Assembly: GCA_951406725.2 (NCBI GenBank)
Contig: OX597816.1
Location: forward strand, 91,078,001 to 91,142,000
Direction of reading: 5' to 3'
From: Octopus vulgaris
Lineage: Eukaryota
DNA: 64,000 nt
In this document: piece after piece, positions 41,635 to 52,518 of the stretch
Position numbering within the stretch: position 1 is the first letter of the stretch
Layout of the letters: each line of letters starts with the position of its first letter
The notes under the pieces: generated by a model
The model's input: only the letters and a program-made list of their open reading frames with translations
Database searches by the model: none
What the model was told of the DNA's origin: nothing
Program-made: the position numbers and the translations under genes

Positions 41635-42460
41635 AAGAGATAGAGAGAGAAAATAAGTTCAAAAGAGAACAATTCAAACTTTTTGAGAGGTCCAAAAAGA
41701 GAAAAAAATGATTTTTAATAAAGATTCATCATATTAAAAAAAAACAGCCAGAGCAAGTAATAGGAATATGAAAATTGTAGTTGAAGAATATCGTTATAGG
41801 TATAAATATAGCATAAACAATTATAGAAAAATGGAGGAGAAAAAGATGTTGAATCAAAAATTAGATTCAATACAAAATACATATGCGCGTTTCAAACGAC
41901 AATACAAAATTGTAAGAAAAAAGTATAAACATAGTAATTATAATTAAATTTATGCATTGTCATTTTCATCAGTGTGAGGAATTTTTGCCGAAGGGTTAAG
42001 AGACGGGGACATAAAGACACCAGCATCAGTTGTCAAACGATGGCGAGAGAACAAACACAGAGACACACACGTAAGTCGTCGGCAGGGCAGGAAACTGGAC
42101 TAATTTCCAATCGGATCTACCCGCTGGTATCCGATGGGCGGAAAAACACAATATGCAGCTAAACAAGAATAAATTTGAATTAATCCACTTCGGCAAAGAG
42201 GCTGCACTTAAACTGTCATACACTCCTTCCTCGTGCAACAACCTTGTGGCATCAAATACCAGACAAAATGCTTAGCGGTATCAAAGGCGGACAAAGTGCT
42301 TAACGACATTTATTCCGTCTTTAAGTTCTTCGTTCAAAATTCCGCCAAGGTTGATTTTATATTTTATCCTTTAGGGGTCAATAAAATAATTACCAGCTGA
42401 GCACTGGTGTGAATGTAATTCTCCCCACCAAATTTCAGGCCTAAGCTCATAGTTGTAACG

Positions 42461-42525
<65 letters not shown>

Positions 42526-42539
42526 TATTATTATTATTG

Positions 42540-42751
42540 AGGCGGCGAGCTGGCAGAATCGTTAGTACGCCGGGAAAAATGGTCAGCGGTATTTCGTCCA
42601 TGTCTACGCTTTGAGTTCAAATTCCGCAGAGATCGACTTTGCCATTCATCCTCTCCGGTTTGATAAATTAAGTACCAGTGAAATACTGGAGCCGATGTAA
42701 TCGACTAGCCCCATTTTCCAAATGTCAGACATCGTGCCTTTGGTAGAAAGG

Positions 42752-42752
<1 letters not shown>
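42540..42752 (+). mobile_element. SINE family A (tail type 2) between (ATT)n tracts
   Basis: ggcggcgagctggcagaatcgttag head; (att)n on both sides. Confidence 0.9.
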
Positions 42753-42821
<69 letters not shown>

Positions 42822-42823
<2 letters not shown>

Positions 42824-43200
42824 GAGTGAGAGAGCAGTGCATGCCATCAAGTTGACACCGGGGTAAAATATACGAAGCTCAGTATACGCATCATGACTAC
42901 CCGTCTGAGAAGGGTACACCAGTCACAGGCATGACAACTATATGTGCGCTACATGGTGATCTCATATCAAGATAAACAGCACACGACCTTGCAGTTGGGC
43001 CCAGTTATAATTTTCTTCAGGTCGAGTAGCCCATCTCGCTCAAAAGGTCCCTGAATAAGGGTTGTTTAAGGATGTTGAATGGAACACCCACGTTTCCAAA
43101 GGTAGATTGTCCAAACCCCAAAGAATTCCTCTCAACACATGACTATGATGCTCCCCCATTACTTCTACCCGTTATCAGAGATGTACATATCGTCAGCCAA
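42822..43200 (-). mobile_element. Repeat family D, second copy
   Basis: Colinear with 22575-22960. Confidence 0.75.
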
Positions 43201-43615
43201 TTATCATTATTATTTTATGAGTTAAAATTCCACTGTGATTAACTCAGCCTTTCATTCTTTTGTAAACAATAAAATAAAGTACCAGTTAGGTTCTGAGGTC
43301 GATGGTATCGATTAATCCCCAAAACTGCTGTGTACTAAAATTTAGAAAGTATTCAAAGCGGTGAGCATTCAGAATTGTTAACGGGTCGAACAAAATCTTT
43401 AGCTTAATTCCCCTCAAAATTGCAGGCCTTGTGCCGAAATTAGAAAGAATTATTAACAATGCATCGATTTTGCCTTTCATTATTTCAGTGTTGATAAAAT
43501 AAGTACCAGTTGAGCACTGGTCGGTGTAATCGATCATCCCCCTACCACGTAAATTCAGGCCTTCTGTCTTTAGTAGAAAGTAATATTATCACTATCACAT
43601 TATTTTCGCTCAGTA

Positions 43616-44477
43616 AGGCGGCGAGCTGGCAGAAACGTTAGCAAGCCGGGCGCAATGCTTGCAGTATTTCGTCTGCGATAACGTTCTGAGTTCAAATTCC
43701 GCCGAGGTCGACTTTGCCTTTCATCCTTTCGGGGTCGATAAGTTAAGTACCAGTTACGCACTGGGGTCGATGTAATCGACCTAATCCCTTTGTCTGTCCT
43801 TGTTTGTCCCCTCTATGTTTAGCCCCTTGTGGGCAATAAAGAATTGAGAAACGTTAGCACGCCGGGTGAAATGCGTAGCCGTATTTCGTCTGCCGCTACG
43901 TTCTGAGTTCAAATTCCGCCGAGGTCGACTTTGCCTTTCATCCTTTCGGGTTCGATTAAATAAGTACCAGTTACGCACTGTGGTCGATCTAATCGACTTA
44001 TCCCGTTTGTCTGTCCTTGTTTGTCCCCTCTATGTTTAGCCCCTTGAGTGCAGTAAAGGAATAAGAAACGTTAGCACGCCGGGCGAAATGCTTAGCTGTA
44101 TTTCGTCTGTCTCCACGTTCTGAGTTCAAATTTCGCCGAGGTCAACTTTGCCTTTCATCCTTTCGGGGTCGATTAAATAAGTACCAGTTACGCACTGGGG
44201 TCGATGTGATCGACTTAATCCGTTTGTTTGTCCTTGTTTGTCCCCTCTGAGTGTAACCCCTTGTAGGCAGTAAAGAAATAAGAAACGTTAGCACGCCGGG
44301 CAAAATGCTTAGATGTATTTCGTCTGTCTCTACGTTCTGAATTCAAATTCCGCCGAAGTTGACTTTGCTTTCATCCTTTCGGGGTCAATAAATTAAGTAC
44401 CAGTTGCGTACTGGGGTTGATCTAATCGACTGGCCCCCTACCCCAAAATTTCAGGCCTTATGCATAGAGAAGAAAAT
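43616..44477 (+). mobile_element. Four-unit head-to-tail SINE A multimer bounded by one 17-bp TSD
   Basis: Units restart at gaaacgttagcac (~43847, ~44065, ~44282). TSD attattttcgctcagta at 43599-43615 and 44478-44494. Confidence 0.95.
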
Positions 44478-44529
44478 ATTATTTTCGCTCAGTACTTGTG
44501 TTTTTCTGCTGGTTTTGTTCGTTGAAAAA

Positions 44530-46260
44530 GCCGCTTAAGATATTCCAGCGCGTAGTTTAAGATTCTAGCTGTACCCAGGAAACATGCTTTTTGCAGTGTC
44601 ACGAAGTTAATTGTTATGCTGATTACAGAAAGTCATTAAGTGATATTTTCAGACTCTGTACCTACTGATCCTATTATCACTGGAATTACCATTACCTCCC
44701 TGCAGTTCCAAAGACTTTTAAATTCCTTCTTTAGATCCTGGCACTTGCTACTGATTTCATTTTCTTTTTCCTCCCCTCCTGCGTTGACTAGGCAGGATAA
44801 TCTATTATCATGCACGTTCTAGTTTCTTTTCCTTGAATAACGAGAAGCAGTCTTGAAAGTTACAGATCCTGATCATATTCGACTACTTTCATTGGTCTAT
44901 GTTGATACCACTGTTTTACATGTTTTAGAGAGCATGTTTTACATAATTACCACTGTATATTTGATACAATTGTCTTCACTTGTGTTCTGTTTTAGCGCCA
45001 GCTTCTTACAGTCAGACATACACCCAGTACCTATTAGACGGCTCGAAACCTATGAAATAACTCTGGCTAAAGAATTTCTGGTTAAAGAAAGGTGATTTGA
45101 AGAAAACAGAAGGCTCTGTAAATACAGTCTAAGAACATAAAGACACACGTATTCACAAAAAACAAACAAACAAACAAAACGAAGCAAATATCATATAAAT
45201 AAGGTGGATACGCCTCCACTATGTCGGTTATGCGGGCGAGAGAGAAGAAATCGAAGTTCAATAATGCTTAGCGGCATTTCGTCTGTCTATACGTTCTGAG
45301 TTCAAATTCGGCCGAATTCAACTTTGCCTTTCATCCTTTCAGGGTCAATAAAATAAGTACTAGTTGAACATTGGAATCTATGTAATCGACTTCCAAAATT
45401 TGGAACCAATATTAGCCTGACTTTTCCATACTACTTTCTAATTTTCCCCTTTGACTTATGTGAATGATACTCCTAAATATTTCTCTGAGTGGTTCTGGTC
45501 TAATTCTCAATGCTTGCATCTAAATTAATGTTCTCAGTTTTAATTATTTTACGCCTTCTCACAGTAGTAGCATTGACACGTTTTTCTTGTCTGATACTCG
45601 TTTATATAACTTGGCTCATTTTATGAAGTTTTAGCAGATTTTCCAACTGGGTATTATACCTTGTAAATATTTTCAAGTCAACCATATAAAAATAGTATTA
45701 GAATTTTGTCTGTAGCGTTTGCCGCCACCGGTGGTTTCGTTCAACAGATTTGTTAATGGGGTCTAGCCACGAAATCAAGTAGAAGGGATAATGAATCTCC
45801 CTGAAAGATTCTTTTCCTTAAGTATGTAGGCCTGCTTTTTAATTATCTTTTCTTTTTCTTCTAGAGATATCATTGTCAACCCACCCCTCTTTTTTGATAT
45901 GGCATGGTTGATGTATTTTGTTACTGCAAGGGCTGCTAATAGAGTGTCTCCAGTATCCAACAGTGTGATATACTATCAAATGCTTTTTGGTAATCAATCT
46001 ATGTTAAAGTTTCTGTTCCTCTGTTAACTGTTTTCTGTTGTAGCCCGACAACCACTAACTGTTCTTTACAGCCATACATCATTTGCTAGCGGCCTTTCTG
46101 CACCTCTGGTAAAATATTATTGCTCTCCTGGCGAATGGCTTATTTCAAATTACGGACATAAGGGCTTCGTGTGTAATTGACAAGTGAGTTACAGGCCTAT
46201 AGTTTGAGGGGTCTCTGGTATTTTGTTTTGTTTTGTTTTGGAGAATTAGCAACGTTTTCT
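44530..46260 (-). mobile_element. Fragmented R4/Dong-type non-LTR retrotransposon (RT and restriction-like endonuclease)
   Basis: Minus frames give DPSNYRPVT, IDYQKAFDSI, IFQGDSLS, FYMVDLK (YMDD), KYLGV, EKENEISSKCQDLKKEFKSLWNCREVMVIPVIIGSVG and LQKA...GTARIL. A SINE A fragment interrupts at ~45263-45410. Confidence 0.82.
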
Positions 46261-46349
46261 CTCTAGTATCTAATTGCGTTGATACTAGTTGGTTTCCTTG
46301 ACGTGTAGTATGTGCTCGTCGGATTTTCGTTTTCATGCAATTTGACCGA

Positions 46350-47010
46350 ACGCATAAATCTATGTCTCATCATCACAAGTGATGATGATCCACATGAAGT
46401 CCAGGTTGTGATTTGCACAGTCCATCATATCCTGTGCGATTTCCATGCAGAATTGCTTCTGAATCTCCACCAACACCGTGGGGACGAATTCCGCCGATAC
46501 TCTCCGAATGCATAAATCTTCCGTTAAAATGGAACACAGTGATCCTGTGTTTATTCTTACTTTATAGGCAATTTAACTTGATTTTTACACGAGTGTCTCC
46601 TATAACTATTTGCCGAACCTTCTCAATCGGCTCCTTGTTTCGGCTTGTGAATGGCCTATCTGAGCATGCCTCACTCTCCACTAAGGCGTGACCATGTCTA
46701 AAGCGGTTATACCACTCCTTGATCTGAGTTTTGTCCATGGCATCAACGCCAAAGGTTTGGTGAATCTTGATGGTTTGAGCTTGAGTATCACCGAAATTTT
46801 GGCAAAACTAGATGCAATTTCTTCGCGATGCGTTTGGTAAAAACTAAAATCCGACCAGCGCACACTATACGTCTGTGCTCTAAGCGTTACAACCGGGAAC
46901 CGACGCGGTATTCCTGGGCGAAAATTTTCACGCATGCACAGGAAGGGTGGCGTCACCTTTCATCTAAAGGATTTTTCCCATGCCGCATTAGTTTTTGCGC
47001 GAAAAATTAA
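46350..47010 (-). mobile_element. Decayed mariner transposase, 5' half
   Basis: Minus frames give TFGVDAMDKTQI, WYNRFRHG, SDRPFTSRN, RRVSAEFVP and EIAQDMMDCANHNLDFMWIIITCDDET (IITGDETW). Confidence 0.82.
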
Positions 47011-47579
47011 TGTTACTTTTTGAATGCAACTCTTATTCTGTCTATAATGCTCGTTTTTTTATAGGTTTTTGCAGTCATTTTCGTACATTTGTCTTTCAAT
47101 TTGATTATTAGGTCATTCAAAGTTGCAAAAAAATAAGCACCAAGAAGTTAGTCATTCAAATTCGTTTTCCGACTATTCAGTTTCGACTTCTGTCAAAGAA
47201 TTTAGCATTCACATCATTCAAATTAAAATGCTCGTCGAGAGTATTCAAATTAGTCGGAATGCGAGGAAGTGTCTTTTCAAGCATTCAAATTCGTACGTGA
47301 GCATTCGAGTTCAGAATGAGTTTATTCAATTTAGCACTAATTTTAGATGTGTGTTTTCACTCACATTCTAAGAAGTGAATGTTAAAAATGACAAATTTAA
47401 ATGGTATATTTCGTCATGCAAATTTTCTTATGTTGTTATAGCTACAAGGAAGAACTTATGTGATTCTTCTGTTCAAGAAAGTGTTTTTCATTGCAACATT
47501 CGTAACCGGTCGATATCAGTTGCAGTTTATATCCCTTTCTCTTACACCAACTTGTAATCACGGAGCCACGCGTAAGGTA

Positions 47580-48760
47580 CATGCGTATATCGGACGAAAA
47601 TAGGGCAAGTCTGGTTGATGCTTTTTAGGGGCAGCAAACCGATTACCTGAAACTGGCAGACCACTTGGCATTTAAAGGAGTACTACCCGATCCATAGTAG
47701 CGATCTCCCAGAAGAGGTGCCCACCACGTTAAGGTTGATGAGGAAATGCGAGCCAGGCTTCACACGATTATTGATAACAACCCACTCGCAACCCTTCAAC
47801 GGATGAAGAGGGACTTAGTGGTAGCATTGCCCAGGAAGCTGCTAGTTTCTGTGTCTGTAATCTAACGGGCTCTAGATGGGTTGTTGATAACTATGAAGTG
47901 GGCCGAAGACGTTCCAGATGCAAGAAATGCCCCAAGAACTCTGGAAAAGCGGTATGAGTACGTGCATTGGTTCATGGAAGAGGGAGTCGTCGGTCACTGC
48001 GTATTCATTGATGAATCTGTGTACAACAGTTAGACCAGGCGGTCTTTTGGACGTGCCCTTCGAGGCGTTCCTGTTCGCCGAGTTGCCAACCGTCAACGTG
48101 AGGAAAACTGCAACATCACTTTCGCAGTGTCAGGAGAAATCGGCCTGGCTCACCACTCCATTGCGAACGATACCGTTAAACGAAACTTCTTCAAAGAGTT
48201 CTTGGCGGAAGCAGTTAGAGCATGTGCCAACATGTTCCCACTGGGTGAATCCGTCTAATTGATCGACAACACGCGACCAAAAGTTTGTGCCGAGCTCCGA
48301 GCTGACGCCGAGCCACAGGTCAGTCTGAAAAACCTGTCTGCCTACTCGCCGTTTCTTAATTGTACGAAAATGGCGCATTCTGCCTTTAAAGCGGCTGTCA
48401 AGTGGGACCTCGCTCGAGCTGAGGTGCAGCAAATGGTTGGTGACCGGGTAGCTGCAGAAAAAGCCGACATGACCGTGAAAGAATGGCGAGCAAATGTCAT
48501 ACAGCAGGTCGCAAGGGTTAACACCGACACCATCGAGAAAATTGTGTTCGTTGGTATAGACACATCCAGACCTACCCACCGAGATCCCTTGACCGCCAGA
48601 GCTGAATCTGTCTGAAATGTAATGGAAAACAGGCCAGTTTTAAAACGTTGATGTCCAGGCCACAAAAGTAAAGTTTGAAAGGAACAGTAATTTCCTTTGA
48701 CTTTTAGCTAGAAGCAAAGAAGAAATAACACTTACTGACCAAAGACATAAAAAAATAAAA
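47580..48760 (+). mobile_element. Decayed IS630/Tc1-like (DDxE) transposon
   Basis: Frames give IIDNNPLATLQRM, VFIDESVYNS*TRRSFGRALRG, IDN and LSAYSPFLN (LPPYSPFLNPIE), with stops and frameshifts. Confidence 0.85.
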
Positions 48761-49150
48761 CTTTTATTACACAATTTAATCTATAGACTATCACTACTGT
48801 CAGATTTGTCATAGTAAATCACATCAGATTTATTATATCATATTCGGTTTCGGTGGTCTGTTAGTATACTAATGTTCCATAACACTTTCGTATTTTAATT
48901 TCTTAAGGCATACGGAAATTTACACGAATACGAAGTAACGTTTCCTTTTTGCCTTCAAATATATTCTATAGGGTCTTTGGAAGATATTTTAAACGATGTG
49001 TTGTATTCTTTTTGAACATGCGCTATACAGACATCATTGTCCTCTGTCGTGTAGAACTTAGTGATATACTTTTTAACGATTTAGTGGTTATAGTATGTTC
49101 TTGTGTGGCGAATAAAGTTACTTCGCAAATGATATTCTTGTTTTCTGCAT

Positions 49151-49766
49151 AAGGCGGCGTGCTGGTAGAAACGTTAGCACACCGGGCGAAATGCTTACCG
49201 GTAATTTATCTGCCGTCACGTTCTGAGTTCAAATTCCGCCGAGGTTGACTTTGCCTTTCATCCTTTCGGGGTCGATTAAATAAGTACCAGTTACGCACTG
49301 CGGTCGATATAATCGACTTAATCCGTTTGTCTGTCCTCGTTTGTCCTCTCTGTGTTTACCCCCTTGTGGGTAGTAAAGAAATAGGTATTTTGTCTGCCGT
49401 TACGTTCTGAGTTTAAATTCCGCCGAGGTCCACTTTGCCTTTCATCCTTTCGGGGTTGATAAATTAAGTACCAGTTACACACTGGGGTCGATGTAATGGA
49501 CTTAACGCCTTTGTCTGTCTTTGTTTGTCCCCTCTATGTTTAGCCCTTTGTGAGCAATAAAGATATAAGAAACGTTAGCACGCGGGGCGAAATGCTTAGC
49601 GGTATTTCGTCTGTTTTTACGTTCTGAGTTCAAATTCCACCGAGGTCGACTTTGCCATTCATCCTTTCGGGGTCAATAAATTAAGTACCAGTTGCTCACA
49701 TGGGTCGATCTAATCGACTGACCCCCTCCACCAAAATTTTCGGGCTTTGTTCCTAGAGTAGAAAAG
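49151..49766 (+). mobile_element. Three-unit head-to-tail SINE A multimer bounded by one 17-bp TSD
   Basis: Units restart at ggtatttt (~49384) and gaaacgttagcac (~49570). TSD attcttgttttctgcat (49134-49150) and attcttgttttgtgcat (49767-49783). Confidence 0.93.
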
Positions 49767-50116
49767 ATTCTTGTTTTGTGCATGAAGAATTCTCATTTGT
49801 CTGTATTTTTTCGTAGATACCAGATTTATTTTCTTTTTATGCGTGAGTCTTTCAGGTCGCGGGAATATTGGTTATATGTGGGTTATGTCGTTTCACCATG
49901 GTCTATTATATGTCATTAGTATGTTCATTTCTGCTGTTGCTCTCGGTCCAAAGTTTTTCATCGGGTGTCGGATAAAATGCATGGTGATATTGTTTCTGGT
50001 TCTTTTAAATTCCGAGTTTCAAATACGCAGAAGTCAACTTTGCCATTCACCCCCACCCCTGGAATCGATAAAATAAAGCACCTGACGGGTCCAAAACTGC
50101 AAGCTTTTTGTCAGAT

Positions 50117-50258
<142 letters not shown>

Positions 50259-50272
50259 TTTTTTTTTTTAAT

Positions 50273-50474
50273 CGGCGAGGTGGCAGAATCGGTAGCACGC
50301 TGGGCGAAATACCGGTACTTCGTCTACCGTTCTGAGTTCAAATTCCGCCGAGGTCGACTTTACCTTTCATCGTTTCGGGGTCGATAAATTAAGTACTAGT
50401 GAAACACTGGAGTCGATGTAATCAACTAGTTCATTCGCCCAAAATTTCAGGCCTTGTGCCTATAGTAGATTAGG

Positions 50475-50475
<1 letters not shown>
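50273..50475 (+). mobile_element. SINE family A (tail type 2) followed by (ATT)n
   Basis: Head, B-box gagttcaaattcc and central module are all recognisable. Confidence 0.88.
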
Positions 50476-50516
<41 letters not shown>

Positions 50517-50517
<1 letters not shown>

Positions 50518-50662
50518 CTTCGTAACGCTGTGCGGAAAAATGCACCGGAATCTTTAGTTATCAGTCAAGTCACAGCAAGGACTTCAGACAGATAATATTT
50601 TCCTTAAGATATTTGTTGTGCTTAGTAAGGCTGCTTTTTGCAAGACATCAATCTTGCATGAG
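50517..50662 (-). mobile_element. 5'-truncated R4/Dong-type 3' end inside a (TAA)n tract
   Basis: Translates DVLQKAALLSTTNILRKILSV*; (att)n on both sides. Confidence 0.75.
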
Positions 50663-50728
<66 letters not shown>

Positions 50729-50741
50729 ATTATCATTATTA

Positions 50742-50808
<67 letters not shown>

Positions 50809-51144
50809 CATTATTATGACCGTCAGCCAAGGAAGCCACACCTGACTTCGGCTCCGTATTTTGTTTTCGAAAATCGTAATTTTCTGTCATTTCCAACCAG
50901 GGTGGAGAAAACGGGATCCTTCTTCCGCTGGTGAGTTTCTTTTTTGTTAAAAGTCCCCCTATTTCTCGGGGCACTTTTTCAGGTGATCTAGGGTAATTTT
51001 AGGGTGCGTAACCCGAATCCGACATCAGTTCTCAGACAGCATGTGTAGTTTTTTTAGTTATTCACGGCATAAGATTTTCCAACCAATTGATAATTTTGAC
51101 AAAGTAGTAGGCAACTTGCTTTCGATTTTCATTCACATACTCAT

Positions 51145-52107
51145 CACTGAAACAAAAATAAGTGCTGATAAGAGGGAAATGTAGGCTACCTGTTAAATTG
51201 CCACACAAGATGAGAATTTATTTTACTTTGTTATCGTTGTAATTATAGTAAAGTTCTCCTCGCAGTAGACTATTGATATTAGGTTATAGTAAGCCACTCA
51301 GACTTCCTTTTCTTGATAACTACTAGTGCTGTTAAAACAAAGCACATCAATAAGAGAGCCAGGTTATATGAAAAGTAGTTTAGTAGTAAGTTTAGTTATT
51401 TATTAAAGTGATCAATGTTTGAAATTTAGAGATGGAAAAAATCGTTTCGTGATAGTCATAGCTTCAGTACATTCTGTAATAATTTCAATGATTGTTTTTG
51501 AGAAATATATTCTGATGTCTTACAGTAACATTTACAGTTGATAAATTTTATATTTTAGTTTACTGACAGGCGTCCTTGAGTGTTGATTTAGGTTATTACT
51601 TTATGCATTTATGATAAAAAGAAAAGCTTGTGTTAATCATCCGGACTGCTTTTGTTACGTGTGTGGAAAATTTACGCCAAAAGATCAGAGAAATAAGCTT
51701 ACGAAGAAATTTTAAAATGCTTACAAGCTTTACTTTGGGTGCAAAGTTGGGAACCAAGTTAAACTGTGGGCGCCTCATGTTTGTTGCAAAAACTGCTACA
51801 TGTATGGTAAAAAAAGACGCTAAAGCTATTTCTGAAAAACACTTTTGTTTTATGTTTTATTGTGTTTTACTTGTCCATCTAGTAGCTATTGTTCTTATAC
51901 AAAATAGCGGCAATTTACGCTTAACATAACATTCATTTTATTTGTCATGAATTTTCACATTATTGTAATTTTGATAGCAGTATAATAATGATGGCACAAA
52001 AACGTGACGTACTTGAGTAAAAATGATTGCAGATTCGGAATCAGTGCTCCCAAATTACCTATGAGCACAATTTCGTCTAATAGTAGCAAAAATTTTGTTG
52101 CCTAGCA
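51145..52107 (+). mobile_element. Internally deleted Chapaev3-like (CMC) DNA transposon
   Basis: Around 51630-51800 translates CVNHPDCFCYVCGKFTPKDQR...AYKLYFGCKVGNQVKLWAPHVCCKNC, an N-terminus I recall from Chapaev3-type transposases. Degenerate termini cactgaaacaaaa / ttttgttgcctagca. Confidence 0.68.
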
Positions 52108-52281
52108 TAATCATACATTAGAACTGTATAATACTGTTTTATATAGTCATATACAAAATTACTTCTTAAGGTTTCTACAGATATTCTATAGAAATTATCG
52201 CCAGCACTGATTTTTGTCACGACGTTTCGTACGCGAAATGTCAGCTGTAAACAAACAATGAGATCGAAGATGAAAAAAATT

Positions 52282-52334
52282 AATGGCTGTATATGCCATA
52301 TTTCGGGAGTTTTGTCCCTTCATCAGCTCCCATT
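52282..52334 (-). ncRNA. Near-intact type I hammerhead ribozyme
   Basis: Minus strand reads AATGG-GA-G CTGATGA A GGGA-CAAAAC-TCCC GAAA TATG-G-CATA TA C-AG-CCATT. The core, stem II, stem III and an AUA cleavage triplet are present; stem I has a 2x2 mismatch. Confidence 0.78.
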
Positions 52335-52372
52335 TAATCCCTTAATCGTCCATGAACACATTGCTAAAAAAG

Positions 52373-52518
52373 CGTAACGTTATTGGATATACCAGGGATG
52401 TCCAACCCACGTAACGTTATTGGATATACCAGGGATGTCCAATCCGCGTAACGTTATTGGATATACCAGGGATATAGCGACGTAACGTTATTGGATATAC
52501 CAGGGATGTCCAACCCGC
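52373..52518. repeat. Four-copy ~37-bp tandem repeat spanning the hAT left junction
   Basis: cgtaacgttattggatataccagggat(gtccaa) starts at 52373, 52410, 52447 and 52481. Confidence 0.95.

Noticed and set aside
43616-43710. tRNA-like sequence with A and B boxes
   Set aside because: It is the head of a multi-copy SINE, followed by SINE body and bounded by TSDs, not a tRNA gene.
52373-52518. CRISPR-like appearance of the 37-bp repeats (also the 48-bp repeats at 34790)
   Set aside because: No unique spacers, no cas genes, eukaryotic context; these are plain tandem repeats.
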